A stretch of DNA of 64,000 nucleotides from Thermoplasmatota archaeon (GTDB lineage: Archaea; Thermoplasmatota; E2; DHVEG-1): contig JALOTN010000004.1 in NCBI GenBank assembly GCA_025457885.1, positions 10,875 to 74,874 of the forward strand, in the 5' to 3' direction. The position numbers and the translations under genes were made by a program. A model generated the notes under the pieces. That model had not been told where the DNA came from. It made no database searches and worked only from the letters and a program-made list of their open reading frames with translations. Each line of letters opens with the position of its first letter. The stretch's first letter is position 1. This document shows positions 57,549 through 64,000 of the stretch, piece after piece.

Positions 57549-58384
57549 TTGTGAAACAAATGAACCTAAAAGACCAGTTCATGAAATTTTGGAAAAGTGA
57601 GGATAACAAAATCTCGATCATTCGAGACGTCCTCGTCGCTCTCCTTGCGGTATTCATCATTTTAATGGTTTTATGGGGGTATACTGGTCAATGGTTCGCC
57701 GCCCCAATGGTCGCAATAGAATCTGGAAGTATGGAGCATCCCAATTCTCCTTTCGGTCGCCTCGGGACGATTGATGCAGGCGATATGGTGTTAGTCCAGA
57801 AAGTATCAAAGAAAAACGATATCGTACCCCATGGTGGGCCGGTGAAAGGTGCCGAGGCAGAGAACGGATGGCAGACCTATGGGGACTACGGAGATGTCAT
57901 TATCTACAAACCACTTGGTCGAACCGATGTTTCGCAGATTATCCATCGGGCGATGTGCTGGGTGGATGTCTATCAAACAAACGGTGTTATCACCTACACA
58001 GTCGCGGATTATGGAATCTATAATCAAACAAGTCTCACGATTGAGCATTTAGGATTATTCAATAGAAATCCCGGTTGGAGCCACTCAGGGTATCTGACAA
58101 AAGGAGATAACAATGAGATAATTGACCAGGTCACGGATATTTGCCCAGAACCTGTTCAAGTCGATTGGATCTCTGGGAAAGCTCGACTTGAAATCCCCTG
58201 GCTTGGAGCAATCAATCTGTTTTTTGAGGATATTCTGCATGGAAAGAATACCATCGGAAATGTCCATCAGGATAGTCTTATCTGTCTTGGTGTTGTGATT
58301 GCTGTCCTTGTCTCTATACCAATCACCCTTGATGTCTATGATTATGTGAAGAAACGTAAAAAAAATGAGGTAAAAAACGAATAA
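57545..58384 (+). CDS. Signal peptidase I (archaeal/eukaryotic Sec11-type, S26B)
   Basis: 279 aa. N-terminal TM, catalytic Ser box IESGSMEHP (SxSMxP), C-terminal TM anchor. The start overlaps the upstream stop. Confidence 0.6.
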   Translation: MIVKQMNLKDQFMKFWKSEDNKISIIRDVLVALLAVFIILMVLWGYTGQWFAAPMVAIESGSMEHPNSPFGRLGTIDAGDMVLVQKVSKKNDIVPHGGPVKGAEAENGWQTYGDYGDVIIYKPLGRTDVSQIIHRAMCWVDVYQTNGVITYTVADYGIYNQTSLTIEHLGLFNRNPGWSHSGYLTKGDNNEIIDQVTDICPEPVQVDWISGKARLEIPWLGAINLFFEDILHGKNTIGNVHQDSLICLGVVIAVLVSIPITLDVYDYVKKRKKNEVKNE

Positions 58385-58442
58385 CTTTCCCCTGAGAACA
58401 TCATCTTACTTTTCCAAGGATTTTGTCTTTGTTCATTTTTTT

Positions 58443-61154
58443 TTAAAAATGCTCGATTGAATCAAACACCTGCCATTCTACAAACTCTGTGCATTCTGCT
58501 ATTATTCTTTGGGCATTTTTCTTTTTTAAACCGGTTTTCATGAGGTCTTTGACGGTTGCTGAACGAAGCTTCTCAATACTTGTATATCCTGAGTTGCTCA
58601 GAATTCCAGCGGTCTCTTGATCAATACTATCAAAGGCGACGAACGGATCGTTTCGCTCAGCAACGGGGTTCGTTAATTTTTCCTTTATGATTTCTTCTTT
58701 CATATGGAGATCCATTTTTTTCCTTGCTTTCTCCTCAGCCTTCGATTGGTATCTCTGTTCTTCTTTCTCTCTCTTTTTTTGTTCTTTTTGCATCTTTCGT
58801 TCAAATGCTTTTGTTTTTCGGAGTTCCTTTTCTTCTGCAGCTATGCGTACTAAATCCATCGTTTGTTTCTGTTGTTCTACAACTTTACGTTCATCGATGA
58901 GTTTTGTCTCTTTCGTTTTTCCAAAAGATAATCTGCTGATTTGTTGCTTGTCTTTTTTCTGTTCAATGAGTTTTTGCTGCTGTTCCTTCTTTTCCTTTTC
59001 TTTTGCTTCAAATTCCATTATCGCGATTTTTCGTTTTTCTATTTTTTGTTCCTCTTTGAGGCGTTTTTTTGCCTCACGTTCTTTTTCCTCTGCTTGTTTT
59101 TTTAGGAGTTTTTCATCTGTTATTTTCTGTTTCCAAGCTTCATTGCCTCCCTTTGGTGCCTTGAAAAGTGTTTGACGTTGTTTCTCTTCTAGTTTCTTCT
59201 GGAGTTGCTGTTCTTTTTCTTTCTTTTTTAACTCCAGGCGTTCTCGATAGGCTTTTTCTTTTTGCTCCTTTTGCAGATGTTTCTGATCTTTTCTTTTTTC
59301 TTTTTCTATCTGTTTTAGTTTTTCTTTTTCTAATACGTGGTCGTGAATAGCTGATGGATGATGTTTAAGGTCTTGTGGTGTCTCTTCCTTAGTGGTTTTT
59401 TCCTGGGGAAGTGTTTTTCGTTCTTCTTTTTTAGCGCCAAAGAACGATTTATGTACTTTTTCTGGTTTTTCTTTTGTGAAAACAGGGGGTTTCGGGAGGG
59501 GTTGTTCTTGTGTGGTGCTATCTGGTGATGGCGCAAGAGGTGTCTTTTTTTCTTTCGTTATCTTTTCATGTTTTTGTTTTTCCTTTTTGTGTCGTTCGGT
59601 AAGTTCGATGTGCGATTTTTCTTCCATTTCCTTTAGGAGTCGCTGTTCCTCCTGTTGTTTTTGTTTGACTTGGGCTGCGGTGTGTTTCTCTTGGATTTCT
59701 TTTTGTTCTTGTTCTTCCCGTTGTTTTTGTTTTGTTTGTAATGTTTCAAGTCTGATTTGTATTTCTTTTTGTTTTGCCTGTCTTTTTTCTTCTATGGCTT
59801 TTTGTTTTGCATCCTGTTTTGCTTTTTTTGCCTCAAGTTTCTTTTGCTTTCTTTCTTCTTTTTCTTTTTTAAGCATCGCAGCCTGTTCGAGCCGGAGTTT
59901 TGCTTCCCGTTCTTTTAAGAGGCGTTGTTCTTCCTGTTCTTTTTGTTTCGTTTCGACTGCTGCTTTTTTCAACTCGAAATCCTTTTGTTTTTGGGCCTGT
60001 TTTTGTTTATGTTGAAACTCTATCCATTCGAGTTTCAATTTTCGGTCATGTTCTTTCGCAAGCCGTTTTGCCTCCCGTTTCTTTTTTCCTACCTCGAGGC
60101 GTGCTGTTCTTTCATTTATCTTTTTTTGTTTCCGGTCTTCTTTTTCCTTTTTTTGCCGTTCGATGATTTCAAGTTTGGATTTTTTCTCTAGTTCTTTTTG
60201 AAGGTGTTGTTCTTCTTTTTCTTTTTGTTCTGCTTGGGCGAATTTTTGTTTTAACTCCAGTGTTTTTTGTGTCTTTTCCTGTTGTTGTTTTTGTTTTGCT
60301 TCTATGGTTTCAATTTTGAGTTGTTTTTCTTTTTCTTTTGCCTGATGTTTTGCCTCTTTTTCTTTTCGTTTTTCTTCAAGTCTTGTTTTTTTCTCTTCGA
60401 TTTTCTTTTGATGAGACGCCTCAGGTGCTGTTGGTGGATGTTCAAGTGGGACGGAGGCTTTTTTTTCTGTGGTGACTGCTTGGAATTCCACTGGCTCTGC
60501 AGGTGGTGGTTCTGTGTGTTGTTTGGTCGGTATGGAGAAAAACTCTTTTTTTTCTTCTTTTAAGGGAACGGCTTGTAAAAATTCCTTCTTTTTTGGTGTT
60601 GGTTCGATTGTAACGTGAGGTCCTCCGATGGCTGGTTCGTTTGAGACAGGTTGGAACTCCGGGAGGTTTTCTTCTTGACTTCGGGAGGTTTTTATTGGGA
60701 TGAATTCCTTTTGTTTCGGTTGTTTCTTTCGCCGTGTTTCTTGCGTTGTTTTCGCTGGTTTTTTCTTACTGGAAGTGATTTTTTCAATATCAAAGAGGGG
60801 TTCTTTCGCAAACGGGTCTTCCTTTACTGGTAGAAAATTGACGGGAGGTGGTGCTTGGGTTTTTTGTGTTGGTCGTGGACCGAGGTCAATTTGAATGACT
60901 CGTTCCTCCTTTTTCTGGGGTTCTTGTTGTTTTCGGAGGGCGACTCGTGGTTGGAGTCCTTCAGACTGGGGGTGCTTTGGGATGGAAGCCTGTGCTGATG
61001 GTCGATTGGTGTCCTCAGAGAGTTTTTTTCGTAACTCGTTGAGTTTTTCTGTTTCCTGCGGGGATAAGGTTCTTTGTTTTGGTAACGAGGCACTATCAAT
61101 TAATTCGTGCAACTTCTCAATGTCTTTTACTCGTGTTTTTCTCTCTCGCACCAT
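58443..61154 (-). CDS. 903-aa K/E/Q-rich coiled-coil tandem-repeat protein with C-terminal HhH-like module
   Basis: ~70% charged residues. Imperfect ~55-60 aa tandem repeats of the type KQKEQEEQRLLKE[RM]E[AE]K...KKEKE[ED]RKQKK. The C-terminal ~80 aa are non-repetitive with an HhH-like segment (ETAGILSNSGYTSIEKLRSATVKDLMKTGL..AQRIIAE). Confidence 0.55.
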   Translation of the reverse strand: MVRERKTRVKDIEKLHELIDSASLPKQRTLSPQETEKLNELRKKLSEDTNRPSAQASIPKHPQSEGLQPRVALRKQQEPQKKEERVIQIDLGPRPTQKTQAPPPVNFLPVKEDPFAKEPLFDIEKITSSKKKPAKTTQETRRKKQPKQKEFIPIKTSRSQEENLPEFQPVSNEPAIGGPHVTIEPTPKKKEFLQAVPLKEEKKEFFSIPTKQHTEPPPAEPVEFQAVTTEKKASVPLEHPPTAPEASHQKKIEEKKTRLEEKRKEKEAKHQAKEKEKQLKIETIEAKQKQQQEKTQKTLELKQKFAQAEQKEKEEQHLQKELEKKSKLEIIERQKKEKEDRKQKKINERTARLEVGKKKREAKRLAKEHDRKLKLEWIEFQHKQKQAQKQKDFELKKAAVETKQKEQEEQRLLKEREAKLRLEQAAMLKKEKEERKQKKLEAKKAKQDAKQKAIEEKRQAKQKEIQIRLETLQTKQKQREEQEQKEIQEKHTAAQVKQKQQEEQRLLKEMEEKSHIELTERHKKEKQKHEKITKEKKTPLAPSPDSTTQEQPLPKPPVFTKEKPEKVHKSFFGAKKEERKTLPQEKTTKEETPQDLKHHPSAIHDHVLEKEKLKQIEKEKRKDQKHLQKEQKEKAYRERLELKKKEKEQQLQKKLEEKQRQTLFKAPKGGNEAWKQKITDEKLLKKQAEEKEREAKKRLKEEQKIEKRKIAIMEFEAKEKEKKEQQQKLIEQKKDKQQISRLSFGKTKETKLIDERKVVEQQKQTMDLVRIAAEEKELRKTKAFERKMQKEQKKREKEEQRYQSKAEEKARKKMDLHMKEEIIKEKLTNPVAERNDPFVAFDSIDQETAGILSNSGYTSIEKLRSATVKDLMKTGLKKKNAQRIIAECTEFVEWQVFDSIEHF

Positions 61155-61238
61155 CGGCCTTGAAAAGTGTTGTCCCGTATTAATAAATTTTCCTAAAAAA
61201 AACTATAGTTGTATAACCAATAAGGTTTCTTCTGTGTT

Positions 61239-61925
61239 TCATCTCATTTTGTAGGGGACTGGGTCTTTTTGGTGTGCCTCCTGAAATCCTTTGAGGCGTA
61301 ACTGACAGGAATCACATCGTCCGCATGCTTTGGTTCCACCTCGATAACAGGACCAGGTTTTTGAGAAGGGAACCTTTAATCGTGCTCCTTTTTTGACGAT
61401 TTGTGCTTTTGAGAGATGGAGAAGGGGTGCTTTGATGCGTACTGGTTTTCCCTTGACTCCTTGGCATGTTGCGACACGGGCGAGCTGTTGAATTATCTGG
61501 ATATAGCGTGGTCGACAATCTGGGTAGGCGGAGTAATCAACCGCATTGACACCTATGAAGATTGCCTCTGCGTTAATGGTCTCTGCATAGGCGAGTGCAT
61601 AGGAAAGGAAGATGGTGTTTCGTCCAGGGACATAGGTGGTAGGGATGGTCCTTCCGATTTCATTTATCGGATGGTTCGGGATCGTCTCAGGGGATGAGGC
61701 AAGCAGGGAGGATCTACCGATTTTCTGAAGATCAATTGATAAAATGAGATGGTTTTTCGCCCCGACTGCAGTGCTTATTTTTTTTGCGCACGTGAGTTCT
61801 TTTGTGTGTCGTTGACCGTAACGAAATGACAATGCGTAGATATCATAACCTTGTTTTTTTGCGATAAAAGCCGTCACCGCGGAATCAAGACCACCGGAGA
61901 GGAGACAGACCGCTTTTTTTGTCAT
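61239..61925 (-). CDS. queC: 7-cyano-7-deazaguanine synthase
   Basis: 228 aa. PP-loop CLLSGGLDS near the N-terminus and the C-terminal zinc Cys cluster (CYRGG...CGRCDSC). Confidence 0.85.
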   Translation of the reverse strand: MTKKAVCLLSGGLDSAVTAFIAKKQGYDIYALSFRYGQRHTKELTCAKKISTAVGAKNHLILSIDLQKIGRSSLLASSPETIPNHPINEIGRTIPTTYVPGRNTIFLSYALAYAETINAEAIFIGVNAVDYSAYPDCRPRYIQIIQQLARVATCQGVKGKPVRIKAPLLHLSKAQIVKKGARLKVPFSKTWSCYRGGTKACGRCDSCQLRLKGFQEAHQKDPVPYKMR

Positions 61926-61928
61926 GGG

Positions 61929-63098
61929 TTATCGGTTCCAGAGCGGTGACATGGTTCGGAGTCGTTCGACAATCTGAGGGAGCATCTGGGAGACGGTTGT
62001 TATTTCTTCTTTGGTGTTTTCTCTTCCTAGGGAGAGTCGTAATGACCCGTGCGCTTGGACTGGGTCTAGGCCGATGGCAAGCAGCACATGTGATGCTTGG
62101 AGTTTCTTTGATGAGCATGCTGAACCGGTGGAGGTAGCAATCCCTTGTTCATCTAATCCGAGTAGTAATGATTCTCCTTCGATACCGGTGAAACGGAAGT
62201 GAGCGTTGTTGATTAGTCGTTTCTCTGGATGCCCGTTGAGATAGCTTTCTTCGATCTGCAAGATATTTTTTATGAGAGTATCTCGTAGTGTTTTCATTTT
62301 GCTGTTATCCGCTGTCATTCTTTTTTTGGCAAGTTCGCAGGCTTTCCCAAGACCGACAATCCCGGGGGTGTTAAGGGTGCTGCTGCGGATCCCTTTTTCA
62401 TGTCCGCCTCCATGGATGATGGGTTGGATTTTGATGCCATTGCGGATATAGAGTGCTCCGATTCCTTTTGGTCCGTAGATTTTATGGGAAGAAAGTGCGA
62501 GCATGTCGATATGTTGTTTTTTGACATCGATGGGGATTTTTGTAACCGCTTGCACAGCATCCGTATGGAGGGTTATTTCGTGTTCGTGTGCTATTTTGCC
62601 GATTTCCTCGATTGGCTCAATGGTACCAATCTCATTGTTCGCATACATGAATGTAAGAAGGAACGTGTTTTTTGAGATTGATTCTTTTAGGGTTTCCAAG
62701 TCGATTAATCCTTGGTGGTCAACGGGGAGGTATTTCACCTGGAAACCTTGTGTCTCCAGATGGTGGCATACTTCTAGGACTCCGGGGTGTTCGATGGTTG
62801 AGGTGATGATATGGGGTCCTTTTGACGTTCGTTTATCTTTGTGTTGATACGCAAGTCCTTTGATTGCAAGGTTGTCTGACTCGGTTCCTCCTGCGGTGAA
62901 GATGATCTCATCCTCACGTGCGCCAAGGATGTCCCCGACATTTGCTCGTGCGATGTCGATTGCTTCTCTTGCTTCCCGACCATAGGCATGGATAGAAGAT
63001 GGGTTCCCAAAGTGTGTTGAGAAATAGGGAAGCATCGCGTTGATGACTTCTTCATCGACTTTTGTGGTGGATGCATGATCAAGGAAAATTCGTTTCAT
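61929..63098 (-). CDS. Cysteine desulfurase (class V aminotransferase, NifS/IscS-like)
   Basis: 389 aa. MKRIFLDHASTT N-terminus, PLP lysine region SSHKIYGPKGIGALY, and the active-site Cys loop (STGSACSS). Confidence 0.85.
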   Translation of the reverse strand: MKRIFLDHASTTKVDEEVINAMLPYFSTHFGNPSSIHAYGREAREAIDIARANVGDILGAREDEIIFTAGGTESDNLAIKGLAYQHKDKRTSKGPHIITSTIEHPGVLEVCHHLETQGFQVKYLPVDHQGLIDLETLKESISKNTFLLTFMYANNEIGTIEPIEEIGKIAHEHEITLHTDAVQAVTKIPIDVKKQHIDMLALSSHKIYGPKGIGALYIRNGIKIQPIIHGGGHEKGIRSSTLNTPGIVGLGKACELAKKRMTADNSKMKTLRDTLIKNILQIEESYLNGHPEKRLINNAHFRFTGIEGESLLLGLDEQGIATSTGSACSSKKLQASHVLLAIGLDPVQAHGSLRLSLGRENTKEEITTVSQMLPQIVERLRTMSPLWNR

Positions 63099-63109
63099 TC
63101 TTCATCACC

Positions 63110-63982
63110 TTATTTCATATCCATCATTCGTTGTAATGGGATGCGTGCTCTTCGCATGATTTCATCAGAGAGATGGATCTTTGGTTCGAGAGTCTGTAGG
63201 CTTTTTAATACTTTTTCCAAGGTTGTTTTTTTCATATTTGGGCAGATTGCTGTTGAGATGGGATAGAATTTCTTCCCGGGGTTTTCCTTTTCGAGTCGAT
63301 AGCATAACCCTTGTTCTGTGCCGATGATGAATTCTTTTTTTGGTGAGGTTTTCACATGATCTACCATGCCATTGGTGGAGAATGCATGGTCCGCTAGTTT
63401 GATGATGTCTGGTTGGCATTCTGGATGGACCAATAATTCCGCCTCAGGATGTTGTTGTTTCAGGAGTAGAATCTCCTCTTTTTTAATATCATGATGAGTA
63501 CGACAGACCCCTGGCCAGAGGATCATTTCTTTCTTAGGAACCTGTGATTGAATATACAGTCCGAGGTTTCGATCAGGGACAAAGATTATTTTTTTCGATG
63601 CTCTGCTTTTTACGATTTTTACTCCGTTTGCCGAGGTACAGCAGATATCTGCGAGTGCTTTGACATCCGCAGTCGTGTTGATGTAGGCGACGACCTCCCC
63701 ATCAGGATGTTCTTTTTTCAGCCATCCAAGGCTTTCTGCATCGACCATTTCTGCCATGGGGCAATTCGCTGTTTTATCCGGGAGAAGAACGGTTTTCTCT
63801 GGATTCAGGATTTTGGCGGCTTCAGCCATGAAATCAACACCACAGAACACGATGACGTTTGCCTCTGTTTTCGTTGCTTTTAACGATAGGTCCAGCGAGT
63901 CACCAACAAAATCTGCAATATCCTGGACCTCTGGTCGTTGGTAATTATGGGCAAGGATGACTGCGTTGTGTGTTTTTTTCAA
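63110..63982 (-). CDS. nadA: Quinolinate synthase
   Basis: 290 aa. NAVILAHNYQRPEVQDIADFVGDS is the NadA signature, with three Cys ligands spread along the sequence. It starts with TTG at the window edge (stop at 63988-90 just upstream), so the true start is ambiguous. Confidence 0.8.
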   Translation of the reverse strand: MKKTHNAVILAHNYQRPEVQDIADFVGDSLDLSLKATKTEANVIVFCGVDFMAEAAKILNPEKTVLLPDKTANCPMAEMVDAESLGWLKKEHPDGEVVAYINTTADVKALADICCTSANGVKIVKSRASKKIIFVPDRNLGLYIQSQVPKKEMILWPGVCRTHHDIKKEEILLLKQQHPEAELLVHPECQPDIIKLADHAFSTNGMVDHVKTSPKKEFIIGTEQGLCYRLEKENPGKKFYPISTAICPNMKKTTLEKVLKSLQTLEPKIHLSDEIMRRARIPLQRMMDMK

Positions 63983-64000
63983 TTTTTCTATCTGTTGAAC

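Noticed and set aside
1-64000. Search for CRISPR arrays, transposases, integrases, and phage genes
   Set aside because: No regularly spaced direct repeats of 25-40 nt with unique spacers were seen. No DDE transposase, tyrosine/serine recombinase or phage structural gene is recognisable in the translations. The only tandem repeats are the protein-coding KE-rich repeats and the 15-nt promoter repeat.

Overview
AT-rich, gene-dense window from what looks like an archaeal genome; an uncultivated Asgard- or DPANN-like lineage is a tentative guess only. The archaeal call rests on eukaryote/archaea-type ribosomal proteins (L19e, L32e, S4e), RNase P protein Rpp29 and aSUI1 embedded in the ribosomal cluster, RpoK, Nob1, archaeosine TGT, and MtrA/MtrH homologs.

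Content from 5' to 3':
(i) A 'light island' at ~1.9-15.6 kb. It carries carotenoid biosynthesis genes (UbiA prenyltransferase, lycopene cyclase domain CrtYcd, FAD oxidoreductase, phytoene desaturase CrtI, phytoene synthase CrtB), a DUF523/DUF1722 (YbgA-like) gene, a PNPOx-like gene, a class II CPD photolyase, and a heliorhodopsin carrying an N-terminal zinc ribbon. A C39-like cysteine peptidase and a B12-binding radical SAM enzyme follow the heliorhodopsin directly.
(ii) A CDF metal transporter and an orphan cytoplasmic PAS sensor histidine kinase.
(iii) A compact module: Mtq2-like methyltransferase, soluble MtrA-like corrinoid protein, MtrH-like methyltransferase, core-MetE-like homocysteine methyltransferase, and a small conserved ORF. 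This is plausibly a corrinoid-relay methionine synthase.
(iv) Secreted/surface proteins: CocE/NonD hydrolase, a protein with three LEA_2-like repeats, an 814-aa CARDB/Ca-binding surface protein, and a multi-zinc-ribbon membrane protein.
(v) arcTGT, purH, an M50 protease, and a TraB-family protein.
(vi) rpoK-rps2, then a near-complete L3->L30 ribosomal protein super-operon on the minus strand. It includes Rpp29 and SUI1, has helix-hairpin-helix (HhH) and low-complexity extensions on several r-proteins, and ends in a strong hairpin terminator instead of L15/SecY.
(vii) The pstSCAB phosphate ABC transporter, bioY, hisS, a Nob1-like PIN protein, and signal peptidase I.
(viii) A 903-aa K/E-rich tandem-repeat coiled-coil protein with a C-terminal HhH.
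(ix) queC, a cysteine desulfurase, and nadA.

I found no rRNA, tRNA, CRISPR array or recognisable mobile element. All calls come from motif and family recognition in the supplied translations; I could run no database search.
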